The notes: generated by a model not told the origin, from the sequence alone. Positions 20,268 to 31,463 are shown, numbered from the stretch's first letter. The stretch: 64,000 nucleotides of DNA from Planctomycetota bacterium (GCA_965248445.1 CBDFJG010000001.1:558131-622130); one strand, 5' to 3'. Translations and numbers: made by a program.

Positions 20268-20947
20268 TGCATATCCGGTTAATGACCGCGCCCACTACAT
20301 CTTGTGCTAGAAGGGCAGCGGGCTTGCAGGCTCGTCGGCGTAGACCTGTTCGTACGTGCGCGGCGGCGTCTTCGCCGCGATGCCGAGGACCGTCTGGAAC
20401 GCTGCCTGCGGCGTGCGTCTCCTGTTGAACCGGAACGTGAACTCGTCGAGATACCGCTGCAGGTGCTTCTCCGAGACCCGGCCGTGGTGCGTGCCTACGA
20501 GCCAGGTCTTGAGGTTGGAGAAGACCAGGTGGTGCAGGTGCCTCAGGACGTCCGCCTGCGCCGCGCCCATCATCGTGGACTCGATCCCGTGCTCGTAGCC
20601 GAGTTTCTCGACTGCGTCGTAGGTCTCGTGGCCGTCGGTCACGACGAGCGCCCCACGCTCGATGCTGTCCTTGACGAACGCCAGCAGGTGCGGCTTCGAT
20701 GAGGCCGGCACGTGGCGCAGCCGGATGCGTCCGGGCTGTGTGCCTCTCTTCGTCGGACGCACCTCGACCGCGCCGACCACGACGGCCTTGTCTGCCGCGG
20801 TGCGCTCCTCTCGGCCTCGAAACGGCGCTCCGATCAGCGCCTCGTCGACCTCGACGACGCCGAACAACTGCGCGCGCTCCGGCGCGACCATCGCAGATCG
20901 CAGTTTCTGGAGCATCTGGTACGCGGTCTCGTAGCGGGTCAGACCGA
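20268..20947 (-). mobile_element. IS1595-family element, 5'-truncated copy
   Basis: Terminal repeat GCATGCATATCCGGTTAATGACC at 20268-20290; transposase C-terminal 202 aa (ORF 20307..20915) near-identical to the full copy at 24838-25878; identity ends at about 20947. Confidence 0.75.
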
Positions 20948-22270
20948 GCTGTCGCTGGAGCCAGGGTCGAGCGGAACCTGTTCAGCGGCCAGCGGTCCGA
21001 CGACCCCGGCGTCGACATCGACGGGCCGAACGCCGTGGTGCAAAAGAACCGGTTCGTCTACGGCCTCGGCGTCGGCATCCAGGTCGATGCCGAGAACGGT
21101 GGAACGGCCACGGTCTGCAAGAATACGGTCGATTCGATGGCGGGCGACTCCTACATCCTGGTGGAGAACGCGGCGGGCCCCAGGGTCCTGAAGAACGTCT
21201 TCAAGAACGCTTACATTGGCGATAGCTACGACCACGTCATCGACCTCCAGTCCTGTGACGACGCCCTAGTCTCCGGCAACAAGATACTGACGATGAACTA
21301 CTCCATCGAGAGGGGGATCAACGTCGCGGGCGAACGGGCGACGGTAACGAAGAACTGCATCGAGAACGTGAATGGCTACTACTACGACCTGTATTGCATC
21401 TACGTGCAGGGGAACGACGCCGCGATCAGCCGCAACAAGATCCGGATCTGCGGCGCCGGGGAGGAATCCGACACGTATGCGATCTACGTTTCCGGGAACA
21501 CAGCGAGCGTCACGCGAAACGCGATCAACGACATAGCTGGTGGCGGCGACGAGATCTTCGGGGTCTATATCGACGGCGACGACGGCTCCATCGACGGCAA
21601 CCGGATCAGCCACCTGAACGAAGAGTACACGTACGCCATCTACTACACCGGCCACAGGGCCCGGATCGTCAAGAACAGGATCGCGCACGTGATGGCTGAC
21701 GGGGACATCTACGTCCGCGGCGATGACTTCCTGATCGAGAACAACACCGTCAGGGACGGAGCGTACTACTGCACCGGTATCTACACGCGCGGATCCGCCA
21801 CGATGCTCGGGGCGGCGGTGATCCAGCGGAACTCACTGAGCTTTCTCGGGTCGGACGGCATCGACCACGGAGGCAACGGGGTGGTCATCCGCGACAACAA
21901 GCTGAACCACCTGGCGGGGTTCGGGGTGATTGCGGACGGAAACGACAACGTGCTGATCGGTAACAGTGTGTCGGGCACGTACACGGCCGCTTTCCACATC
22001 GATGGCAACGACAACAGCGTGACGGGTTGTGCCGCCAGGGACAGCGACGGAGACGGGTTCAGGATCCAGGGCAACAACAACACGCTGGAGAACTGCACGG
22101 CGTCCAACTGCGCCGCCGAGGGCCTCGACAACAGCGGCACCGACACCAGCGCGATGAACTGCCGGTTCACCGGCTCCCGAATCGACTACGCCGGCAACAA
22201 CAACATGATCGACGACACCGGAACGACGTTCGGGACCGGAAGTGCCGCGACCGCGCCCGAGATCAACTGA
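20948..22270 (+). pseudogene. Right-handed parallel beta-helix repeat protein, 5' end replaced by the IS1595 fragment
   Basis: Repeats of the form hydrophobic-x-x-N-x-hydrophobic and G-N-x-hydrophobic (VTKNCIENV, ISRNKIRI, VTRNAIND, IVKNRIAHV, VIRDNKLNHL); the N-terminal region and signal peptide are missing upstream of 20948. Confidence 0.65.
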
Positions 22271-22394
22271 CCTCGGGACCATCGAGATCGGGACACCCGC
22301 GCGGACGGGTCCTGCGGATACCGAGATGGGATGAGATCCCGTCTTCTCGACCAAGGTTCTTAGAGCGTTGTTGGCGCTGCCCGCCTCGCCTGCG

Positions 22395-23926
22395 GTACCC
22401 GTTCAGGGTATGACGATCCGCGGCCTCAGCGCGTGATCGGGAGCGCGACGAGAGCCGGCGGCGAGCGGTTGTGCGCGAGTGCCGCGCTGACGTCTGCGAG
22501 GTAATCGAAGACGCTCTCGCCACGCTGGCGGAGCGTGGCGGTGACGGTCAGGATGCGCTCGACGAAGCGGAGTCCGCGCTCGCTCTGACTTCCGTGCGTT
22601 GCGCGTCTCCACAGGACCGGCTTGCGCACCGCGCGCTCAGCGGCGTTGTTCGTCGGGGAGACGCCAGGGACGTCGGCGAAGGTCCACAGAGCCTCCGCTC
22701 GGTCGAGCAGATGCCGAGTCGTTCCGCGTACTCGGCGGTGCTTGCTGTCTGCGCCGCGCACGAGCAGCGTCAGGAGTCGGTCCCATGTGAGACGCAGCTC
22801 ACGCCGCATGCGGTCGCGGTCCCCGTGCTCGCCGAAGTGACGCTGAGCTCGCATGACAGCCTGGGCGAGACGCACGGCCTGCTTGCCGAAGCGCCGGCCG
22901 CCGCGCGAGCCCTCGGCCAGCGCTCGAAAGTCCCTCTCGAGATGCGCCCAGCAGATCTGGCGGCGCTCGGTGGGATGCTGGTCGTAAGCGCCCATACGGT
23001 CGGTCACGAGGACGCCCCTGAAGCGCTTGCCCACGAGTCGCCGCATGGCCTTGGCGCTCCTGCGCCGATCGATACGATGGACCGTGGCGTGCTCACAGAC
23101 CGCGCTCCACAGCCAATGCAGCGTGCCACGACGCGACCACGGTGTCTCGTCTACATAGGCGACGCTGCTCGTGCGTACGGCCCCGAGGGCCTCGATGTGC
23201 GCTGAGGAGATGGCTCCCGACACCCGCTCCTCGATCGCACTGACCGTGCCCGGTGACATCGAGACGCCGATGACGTCACGCAACAGACGACTGGTCTCGC
23301 GCCGCGACAGGCGGAAGACGCCGACCAGAGCCGCGGTGAGCGCACAGAGTCGCGGGCCGAAGGGACTCGCCGTCACACCGCTTGGCAGCGAGGCAGTGGA
23401 CGTGGCGCCACAGTCCGTGCACCGTGCCCGGTGCAACCGGTGCTCGGTCACCTGGATCAGCCGTGGCGGGACCTCGAAGACCTGCTGGCGTGTCGGGGCG
23501 CGATCGATCGGGACGAGCACGTCGCTCCCACACGCGCTGCACTCGCGCGGGCGGTGGTCCTCTACGCCATCGACCTCGGACTCGTCCACGAGCTTGCGCG
23601 TCGCCCCTTTGTGGCCGGGCTGCGCACCCTGGCGCTTGTCCGACGGCGGCTTGCGCCGCCGCCGCTTCTTGGACCACGACGGATCCGAGGACGGTGGGCG
23701 CGAGGAGGTGCGGGAGTCCCGGCGAAGACGGCTCTCGAGATCGTCGATCCGTGCCGCCTGCCGCTCGATCACCTCCGCCTGCTCGGCAATCGTCTCGTCC
23801 CGAGCGTCCAGACGACGGGTCAGGCGCTCGACCAGATCACGCAGCTCATCGGTGCCCACATCCGATTCATCGACCGAACGGAAAGCGATCTGGATCCGAG
23901 CTCAGAACCAAGGGCTGAACGGGTAC
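22395..23926 (-). mobile_element. IS66-family single-ORF element (type B), copy 1, with 8-bp target-site duplication
   Basis: Terminal repeats GTACCCGTTCAGGGT (22395-) and AGGGCTGAACGGGTAC (-23926); flanked by direct repeats CGCCTGCG at 22387-22394 and 23927-23934. Confidence 0.9.
22426..23859 (-). CDS. IS66 family transposase
   Basis: 477 aa; identical protein to ORF 29963..31396; coiled-coil N-terminus, zinc-finger cysteines, NNAAERAVRKPVLWRR motif. Confidence 0.9.
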   Translation of the reverse strand: MGTDELRDLVERLTRRLDARDETIAEQAEVIERQAARIDDLESRLRRDSRTSSRPPSSDPSWSKKRRRRKPPSDKRQGAQPGHKGATRKLVDESEVDGVEDHRPRECSACGSDVLVPIDRAPTRQQVFEVPPRLIQVTEHRLHRARCTDCGATSTASLPSGVTASPFGPRLCALTAALVGVFRLSRRETSRLLRDVIGVSMSPGTVSAIEERVSGAISSAHIEALGAVRTSSVAYVDETPWSRRGTLHWLWSAVCEHATVHRIDRRRSAKAMRRLVGKRFRGVLVTDRMGAYDQHPTERRQICWAHLERDFRALAEGSRGGRRFGKQAVRLAQAVMRAQRHFGEHGDRDRMRRELRLTWDRLLTLLVRGADSKHRRVRGTTRHLLDRAEALWTFADVPGVSPTNNAAERAVRKPVLWRRATHGSQSERGLRFVERILTVTATLRQRGESVFDYLADVSAALAHNRSPPALVALPITR

Positions 23927-24837
23927 CGCCTGCGCGCGGGGACCGCGCTCGGCGGGCCGCGAGGACAGGTTGGGTGGTGCGACGCCTTCGCCTGTCGGCT
24001 CGGGCATGAATCCGGGGCGGCGGAGCGCGCGCGAGTTCGCTCGGAAGACTCGTGGCTCATGCGGGCACCTGCGTGGCCGACGTGGCCACGGGTGTGGGCC
24101 GGGGGACGAAGGGCTGTTTGTTTCGAGCCACCCAGTGGACGGCGACCAGGAGCTTTCGCATGGACGCGACGAGGGCGACCTTCGGGAGCTTGCCCTGGGA
24201 CCGAAGCCGTTCGTAGAAGGCGCGCAGCCAGGGGTTCCTGCGCACCGCGGTCAGGACGGGCATCCACAGGGCCCTGCGCAGCCGGGCGTGCCCGATGCGG
24301 GTGATGGCGGCGCGTTGGCCCTGGTTGCGTCCGGACTGCTTGAGTGCCGGGACGACCCCGATGTATGACGCCAGCGCCTTGGCGTCGCGGAAACGAGTGA
24401 TGTCGCCCAGCTCCGCGACGAGCCGCGCGGCGGTCTGTGGCCCGATGCCGTCGATGGTCGTGAGGAGCTTGCCGACCTCGTGGTGCTCCAGGGTTCCCCC
24501 GATCAGCTTCTCCAAGTCGCGAAGGCGCCGGCGCAGCAAGTCCAGATCCTCGCAGGCGTACCGGACCTGAGTGCGATAGGCCTCGGCGTGGTGGCGGCCC
24601 ACGGACGACTTGGCTGCACGGACCAGGTCTTGGGCAAGCTGCCGCCCGACTCGGTGACGTCCGTCGTAACGGAGCGCGGCGAGTCGCTTGACCGAGACAC
24701 CCACAAAGGCCTGCGCGGTGGGATGGCGGTTGAGCAGCGCCGTGGCGAGTTCGCTGTCGAGGGTGCGGACGTGGCGTGTGAACTCCGGGAAACCCAGGTC
24801 CACCAAGCGGTGAAGCCGGCGGACCCGGTCTCCAAAG

Positions 24838-25878
24838 CATGCATATCCGGTTGACGACCGTGACCCCAAGGGGTAGTGTCTCGGACGCATGCCGAAGCCG
24901 GGCTACCCTCGCAACATCGTGGAGTTCACGGAGCAGTTCGCGACGGAAGAGCAGTGCCTCGAGTACCTCGTGCAGTGTCGTTGGCCCGACGGGTTCCGCT
25001 GCCGCCGGTGCGGCGGCAAGAAGTACTGGCCCCGTCCAGATCGAAGAGCGATGCGGTGCGTGGGCTGCGACCTGATCACGTCGGTCACCGCGGGCACAGT
25101 GCTGCATCGCAGCCGGCTGCCGCTGAAGTCCTGGATGTGGGCCGCGTACTTGATGACGACGGACAAGCGGGGCGTCTCTGCGCTCGCACTCCAGCGACAG
25201 CTCGGTCTGACCCGCTACGAGACCGCGTACCAGATGCTCCAGAAACTGCGATCTGCGATGGTCGCGCCGGAGCGCGCGCAGTTGTTCGGCGTCGTCGAGG
25301 TCGACGAGGCGCTGATCGGAGCGCCGTTTCGAGGCCGAGAGGAGCGCACCGCGGCAGACAAGGCCGTCGTGGTCGGCGCGGTCGAGGTGCGTCCGACGAA
25401 GAGAGGCACACAGCCCGGACGCATCCGGCTGCGCCACGTGCCGGCCTCATCGAAGCCGCACCTGCTGGCGTTCGTCAAGGACAGCATCGAGCGTGGGGCG
25501 CTCGTCGTGACCGACGGCCACGAGACCTACGACGCAGTCGAGAAACTCGGCTACGAGCACGGGATCGAGTCCACGATGATGGGCGCGGCGCAGGCGGACG
25601 TCCTGAGGCACCTGCACCTGGTCTTCTCCAACCTCAAGACCTGGCTCGTAGGCACGCACCACGGCCGGGTCTCGAAGAAGCACCTGCAGCGGTATCTCGA
25701 CGAGTTCACGTTCCGGTTCAACAGGAGACGCACGCCGCAGGCAGCGTTCCAGACGGTCCTCGGCATCGCGGCGAAGACGCCGCCGCACGTACGAACAGGT
25801 CTACGCCGACGAGCCTGCAAGCCCGCTGCCCTTCTAGCACAAGATGTAGTGGGCGCGGTCATTAACCGGATATGCATG
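24838..25878 (+). mobile_element. IS1595-family element, full-length copy with 8-bp target-site duplication
   Basis: 22-bp imperfect terminal repeats CATGCATATCCGGTTGACGACC / GGTCATTAACCGGATATGCATG; direct repeat CTCCAAAG at 24830-24837 and 25879-25886. Confidence 0.85.
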
Positions 25879-25908
25879 CTCCAAAGTCCTGGACCACGCG
25901 ATCCCTGA
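24889..25908 (+). CDS. IS1595 family transposase (C-terminus frameshifted relative to the truncated copy)
   Basis: N-terminal zinc-ribbon CRWPDGFRCRRCGG...CVGCD; DDE-type core; a 2-bp difference near 25786 gives a different C-terminal tail that reads through the terminal repeat. Confidence 0.8.
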   Translation: MPKPGYPRNIVEFTEQFATEEQCLEYLVQCRWPDGFRCRRCGGKKYWPRPDRRAMRCVGCDLITSVTAGTVLHRSRLPLKSWMWAAYLMTTDKRGVSALALQRQLGLTRYETAYQMLQKLRSAMVAPERAQLFGVVEVDEALIGAPFRGREERTAADKAVVVGAVEVRPTKRGTQPGRIRLRHVPASSKPHLLAFVKDSIERGALVVTDGHETYDAVEKLGYEHGIESTMMGAAQADVLRHLHLVFSNLKTWLVGTHHGRVSKKHLQRYLDEFTFRFNRRRTPQAAFQTVLGIAAKTPPHVRTGLRRRACKPAALLAQDVVGAVINRICMLQSPGPRDP

Positions 25909-26630
25909 GTCTGACGAGCTCGCGCAGTTCCTCGGTGCCGGAGTCGGGCAGCCGCGTGGGCTCCGGGCGTTTCTGGCGAGCGAACCGGGCGAGCCCGAGG
26001 GCGTCGATGGCATCGGTCTTGGTCCGCTGCAGGTCCTCGCCGGCGAAGCGGTGGGTCCGCAGCGGATTGATCAGCACCATGGCGAAACCGCGCGAGAGAA
26101 GCTCCGCCGCCAAGTTGCGCCAGTAGTGCCCGGTCGCCTCCAAGGCCACGAGCACGTCTCGAGGGACGCCGAGCAACTCGAAGAGCTCCTCGTAGCCCTG
26201 TGCGTCCTCACCGAAGGCGGTGGGCCGCACCAGGATCTCTTCGTCCTCGTCCATCACCGCCACGACGTGCTTCTTCGAAGCGATGTCTATCCCCGCGTAG
26301 CGCATCGTGCACCTCCTGTCATGCGACGAGGAGGACCGGGAGCCTCGGAGCCGGCGACCGTACTCATCCTTGTTCATGCGAGGACGCGCGTCTGCGCGCC
26401 TCAGGATCCCGTCCGAGCGTGGGTCGCCGGTCGAGGGCGCCAATCTCATCTCCGAGGACTGCGCCTCGTGAAGGCCGCGGCGACCCTCTCCCGGCTCTCG
26501 TCGATCTCTGTCCACCGTAGGTCGCGGGCATGAGTGGACGTCATACAAGAAGGCCGGTCCCTGCCTCGGTGTAACCCGTAGCGGTTTCCAGAGGCGCTGA
26601 CGGGCTTGCGAGCCCGAGGAGGAACCGGCT

Positions 26631-27674
26631 ATGGCAAAGGCTACACGTTTCGTGATCGGGATGGACCTGGGCGACCGCGTGGTGCCTGTGTGTGTGCTGG
26701 ACCGCAAGACGGGCGAGATCGTGGGCGAAGGGCGCGTCGCGACGACGCGTGCTCGCCTGACGGAGTTCCTCGGCGAGATCGAGCGCTCGAAGGTGGTGAT
26801 GGAGAGCGGGACGCACTCGCCGTGGATCAGCCGCCTCGCCGAGGGTCTTGGTCACGACGTCATCGTGGCCGATGCGCGTCGGCTGCGCGCGGTGTGGGAC
26901 TCGCCCAAGAAGAGTGACCGCCGCGACGCGCTGGTTCTGGCGCAACTGGGGGCCGGGCACCCAGGGCTCCTTCATCCGGTGTCTCACCGGAGCGAGCGCG
27001 CACAGACCCACATGGTCGTGCTCCGAGCGCGCGAGCGTGTGGTCGACGCGCGTACGAAGTTGGTCAATGCCGCGCGGGGCTCGGTGAAGTCGCTCGGGTA
27101 CCGATTGCCCGCTTGCTCCGCTCCGAGCTTCCATCGCAAGGCACGCGAGGCGGTGCCGGAAACCCTCGTGGACGCCCTGGCCCCGTTGTTCGACGCGATC
27201 GCAGCGTTGACGGAGAGCATCGCGCGCTACGACCGCGAAGTCGAGCGTCTCGGCCGCGACGCGTATCCGGTGACACGACGCCTTCGCGAGGTACCCGGCT
27301 GCGGTCCCGTCACCGCGCTCGCCTACGTGCTCGTCGTCCACGACCCAGAGCGCTTCTCGCGCAATCGCGACGTGGGCGCGTACGTCGGTCTCGTCCCGCG
27401 CCAGGACCAGTCGGGCAAGATCGATCGCCAACTCAGGATCACGAAGTGCGGCGACCGGATGCTCCGCCGGCTGCTCGTGCAGTGCGCGCACTACGTGCTC
27501 GGACCACACGGGCCCGACAGCGACCTGAGACGCTGGGGTCTGGAGCTGGCGCAACGGGGCGGGAAGAACGCGAAGAAACGGGCGACCGTCGCGGTCGCCC
27601 GCAAGCTCGCCGTGCTCTTCCACGCTCTGTGGATGAAGGACCGCGCGTACGAGCCGCTCGCTCGAGCGGCGTGA
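26631..27674 (+). CDS. IS110 family transposase (second, different member)
   Basis: 347 aa; N-terminal RFVIGMDLGDR DEDD-type domain; C-terminal LREVPGCGPVTALAYV helix-hairpin-helix region typical of IS110/IS1111. Confidence 0.85.
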   Translation: MAKATRFVIGMDLGDRVVPVCVLDRKTGEIVGEGRVATTRARLTEFLGEIERSKVVMESGTHSPWISRLAEGLGHDVIVADARRLRAVWDSPKKSDRRDALVLAQLGAGHPGLLHPVSHRSERAQTHMVVLRARERVVDARTKLVNAARGSVKSLGYRLPACSAPSFHRKAREAVPETLVDALAPLFDAIAALTESIARYDREVERLGRDAYPVTRRLREVPGCGPVTALAYVLVVHDPERFSRNRDVGAYVGLVPRQDQSGKIDRQLRITKCGDRMLRRLLVQCAHYVLGPHGPDSDLRRWGLELAQRGGKNAKKRATVAVARKLAVLFHALWMKDRAYEPLARAA

Positions 27675-27971
27675 TGACCGACTGAACACCACGAACAACA
27701 CGGGAGTCTGATCGACCGAGCAACGCGCCCACCCGGGCGATGCCCATCTCCCAACTCGAAGGCGCGACGACTGCGGTGGCTGAACGGGCCCGGCCCCGGC
27801 CGAGGCCGCGTAACTGATGGCAGCGTCGCCCTCGAGCGGATGCCTCAACGTGCACCGGGTCCAAACGACCCCCTGACGAGTGCGGATGGATGCGTGCAGA
27901 GGGAGCCGGCATCGGCTGCGGTGGACGGATCGCCAAGTCGATCCGACGCCTTGACACAAGAGGCCTTCTCA

Positions 27972-29502
27972 TGGACGTTCAGCCATTGTGTCTGAGCCCG
28001 TATCCAGATCTCCGAGCGGGTTGACGATGAACACCATGTGGGCAAGGACGACCTCCGCGAGTTGATCGAGCGGCAGTCGCGGCGTCTCGCTGCCCAGGAC
28101 GAGAAGATCGCTGAGCAGCAGCGTGTCATCGAGGGGCAGCAGGAGGAGATCGCAGATCTTCGGAACCGCCTGAAGCGGGATTCGCGCAACTCGTCGCGGC
28201 CGCCGTCCTCGGACGCGCCGTGGTCCAAGCGTCGGCGCCGGCGAAAGCCCCCGTCGGACAAGAAGCAGGGCGGCCAGCTGGGTCACGAGGGCAGGACGCG
28301 GCGGCTGGTGGACGAGGACGAGGTCGATGACGTCGAGGACCACCGCCCGAGCGAGTGCTCGAGCTGCGGGGGCAAGGAGCTCGAGCCGCTGGCGCGTCGT
28401 CCGCACCGCCACCAGGTGTGGGAGATCCCGCGGGTGCTGGTCCCGGTGACCGAGCATCGTCTTCACCGTGCGCGCTGCCGGGAGTGCGGCGAGGTGGTGG
28501 CGGCGGCGTTGCCCGAGGGCGTCACCAAGAGCGCCTTGGGCCCGCGGCTGAGCGCGCTTGCGGCATCCTTGAGCGGCGTCTACCGCGTGAGCCGCCGCGA
28601 GGTCTCCCGGCTTCTCTCGGAGGTCTTCGGTGTGACGATGTCGCCCGGCACCGTGAGCGCCATCGAGGGACGGCTCGGTGAAGGGCTCTCGCTGCCGCAC
28701 ATCCAGGCGCTTGGCGCGGTGCGCACGAGCTCGGTGGCCAACGTGGACGAGACGCCGTGGAGCGAACGTGGCGAGCTGCGCTGGCTCTGGACCGCGGTGG
28801 CCGAAGGCGTTACCGCGCACCGCATCGACTCCCGCCGCAACGCGGCCGCGATGAAGCGCCTGATCGGCCGGCGCTATCGCGGGGTGCTGGTGACCGACCG
28901 CATGGGCGCCTACGACAAGCACCCGCTCAAGAGGCGCCAGCTCTGCTGGGCCCACTTGGAGCGCGACTTCCGCGCTCTCGCCGAAGGGCCGCGGGGCGGA
29001 TGGGTCTTCGGCAAGAAGGGCGTCGAGATCGCGGGGGCCGTGATGCGAGTGCACCGCGGCTTCCGCGGCCACGGCGACCGCACCCGGCTCGCGCGCCAGC
29101 TCCGCGATCCCAAGCGCCGGCTCCGCCGCCTGCTCGAACGCGGGGCACGCGCCAAGCACTGTCCGGTCAGGGGCATGTCCAAGCACCTGCTGGCGCGCTT
29201 CGATGCGCTCTTCACCTTCGCCGAGGTCCCCGACGTCGACCCTACGAACAACGCCGCCGAACGCGCGGTCCGCAAGCCGGTGCTCTGGCGCAAGGGCTGC
29301 TACGGCAGCCAGTCCGCTCGCGGCGAACGCTTCGTCGAGCGAGTGCTCACGGCCACCGCGACGCTGCGCCGCCGGGGGGGCAAGTCTTCGACTTCCTCGC
29401 CGACTCGCTCGCCGCGCACGTCTCCGGCGCCGACCCACCCGTCCTCGTCAGCCTGCCGATCCCGCGCTGAGGATCAGGGCCCCCGAAGGGCTGAACGGGT
29501 AC
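27972..29502 (+). mobile_element. IS66-family element (type C) with degenerate left end
   Basis: Right terminal repeat GAAGGGCTGAACGGGTAC at 29485-29502; left end only partially matches (ACGTTCAGCC near 27972); boundaries approximate. Confidence 0.55.
28038..29470 (+). pseudogene. IS66 family transposase with frameshift in a G-homopolymer
   Basis: Protein matches IS66 transposases until a 7-G run at 29374-29380; the expected C-terminus (GGQVFDFLADSLAAHVSGADPPVLVSLPIPR) continues in the +1 frame (ORF 28757..29470). Confidence 0.8.
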
Positions 29503-29931
29503 GTCGAGGTCGCCCGCAATGCGATCACCGGCACTCCGGCTCCTCGGCTCGTCCCTCAGGCCGCCTCGGCCTGAGGCTGGATACCCACGTGAACGGGTAC
29601 TCGCGCTCTACCGGAGACTCCAGGTGACTCGCCCGTTCTCTGCCCCCTGTTCCAGTATGACGACCGACATCAATGGCGACTTCAGTCGGACGTCTCGACT
29701 GTCCACAATCTCACCGCCCGCGATCGTCTGTGACACCGTCTCCTTGTCCAGCGTGTTGAAGTAGACGGTCAACCGCGAACCAGCCGGTTCGGGAGCGTCA
29801 TTCCGTACGACGACCGCCCGTCCTCGTCGAGGGAGGTTCGGGGTCGATCTGATCCAGATCCGGAACGTCTTCGCGCGCGACAGCGCTGAGGTGGTCGTGA
29901 TGTCGCGGGCGGTGTCGGGCGTTCCATCCAC

Positions 29932-31463
29932 GTACCCGTTCAGGGTATGACGATCCGCGGCCTCAGCGCGTGATCGGGAGCGCGACGAGAGCCGGCGGCG
30001 AGCGGTTGTGCGCGAGTGCCGCGCTGACGTCTGCGAGGTAATCGAAGACGCTCTCGCCACGCTGGCGGAGCGTGGCGGTGACGGTCAGGATGCGCTCGAC
30101 GAAGCGGAGTCCGCGCTCGCTCTGACTTCCGTGCGTTGCGCGTCTCCACAGGACCGGCTTGCGCACCGCGCGCTCAGCGGCGTTGTTCGTCGGGGAGACG
30201 CCAGGGACGTCGGCGAAGGTCCACAGAGCCTCCGCTCGGTCGAGCAGATGCCGAGTCGTTCCGCGTACTCGGCGGTGCTTGCTGTCTGCGCCGCGCACGA
30301 GCAGCGTCAGGAGTCGGTCCCATGTGAGACGCAGCTCACGCCGCATGCGGTCGCGGTCCCCGTGCTCGCCGAAGTGACGCTGAGCTCGCATGACAGCCTG
30401 GGCGAGACGCACGGCCTGCTTGCCGAAGCGCCGGCCGCCGCGCGAGCCCTCGGCCAGCGCTCGAAAGTCCCTCTCGAGATGCGCCCAGCAGATCTGGCGG
30501 CGCTCGGTGGGATGCTGGTCGTAAGCGCCCATACGGTCGGTCACGAGGACGCCCCTGAAGCGCTTGCCCACGAGTCGCCGCATGGCCTTGGCGCTCCTGC
30601 GCCGATCGATACGATGGACCGTGGCGTGCTCACAGACCGCGCTCCACAGCCAATGCAGCGTGCCACGACGCGACCACGGTGTCTCGTCTACATAGGCGAC
30701 GCTGCTCGTGCGTACGGCCCCGAGGGCCTCGATGTGCGCTGAGGAGATGGCTCCCGACACCCGCTCCTCGATCGCACTGACCGTGCCCGGTGACATCGAG
30801 ACGCCGATGACGTCACGCAACAGACGACTGGTCTCGCGCCGCGACAGGCGGAAGACGCCGACCAGAGCCGCGGTGAGCGCACAGAGTCGCGGGCCGAAGG
30901 GACTCGCCGTCACACCGCTTGGCAGCGAGGCAGTGGACGTGGCGCCACAGTCCGTGCACCGTGCCCGGTGCAACCGGTGCTCGGTCACCTGGATCAGCCG
31001 TGGCGGGACCTCGAAGACCTGCTGGCGTGTCGGGGCGCGATCGATCGGGACGAGCACGTCGCTCCCACACGCGCTGCACTCGCGCGGGCGGTGGTCCTCT
31101 ACGCCATCGACCTCGGACTCGTCCACGAGCTTGCGCGTCGCCCCTTTGTGGCCGGGCTGCGCACCCTGGCGCTTGTCCGACGGCGGCTTGCGCCGCCGCC
31201 GCTTCTTGGACCACGACGGATCCGAGGACGGTGGGCGCGAGGAGGTGCGGGAGTCCCGGCGAAGACGGCTCTCGAGATCGTCGATCCGTGCCGCCTGCCG
31301 CTCGATCACCTCCGCCTGCTCGGCAATCGTCTCGTCCCGAGCGTCCAGACGACGGGTCAGGCGCTCGACCAGATCACGCAGCTCATCGGTGCCCACATCC
31401 GATTCATCGACCGAACGGAAAGCGATCTGGATCCGAGCTCAGAACCAAGGGCTGAACGGGTAC
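29932..31463 (-). mobile_element. IS66-family element (type B), copy 2, no target-site duplication
   Basis: Same terminal repeats and same internal ORF set as copy 1; flanks CCATCCAC and ACGCGCGC do not match; right end abuts a truncated IS1380 transposase. Confidence 0.85.
29963..31396 (-). CDS. IS66 family transposase
   Basis: 477 aa, identical to ORF 22426..23859. Confidence 0.9.
   Translation of the reverse strand: MGTDELRDLVERLTRRLDARDETIAEQAEVIERQAARIDDLESRLRRDSRTSSRPPSSDPSWSKKRRRRKPPSDKRQGAQPGHKGATRKLVDESEVDGVEDHRPRECSACGSDVLVPIDRAPTRQQVFEVPPRLIQVTEHRLHRARCTDCGATSTASLPSGVTASPFGPRLCALTAALVGVFRLSRRETSRLLRDVIGVSMSPGTVSAIEERVSGAISSAHIEALGAVRTSSVAYVDETPWSRRGTLHWLWSAVCEHATVHRIDRRRSAKAMRRLVGKRFRGVLVTDRMGAYDQHPTERRQICWAHLERDFRALAEGSRGGRRFGKQAVRLAQAVMRAQRHFGEHGDRDRMRRELRLTWDRLLTLLVRGADSKHRRVRGTTRHLLDRAEALWTFADVPGVSPTNNAAERAVRKPVLWRRATHGSQSERGLRFVERILTVTATLRQRGESVFDYLADVSAALAHNRSPPALVALPITR

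Larger units (their letters stand above)
24057..26305 (-). pseudogene. IS110-family transposase gene interrupted by an IS1595 insertion
   Basis: Segments 25887-26305 (N-terminal MRYAGIDIASKKHVVAV...VQDFG) and 24057-24837 (C-terminal DRVRRLHRL...) join in frame when the IS1595 element and one copy of the duplicated target are removed. Confidence 0.75.

Noticed and set aside
23902-25437. 511-aa minus-strand ORF
   Set aside because: Crosses IS66-B, IS110 and IS1595 boundaries in a non-transposase frame; it is a composite artefact.
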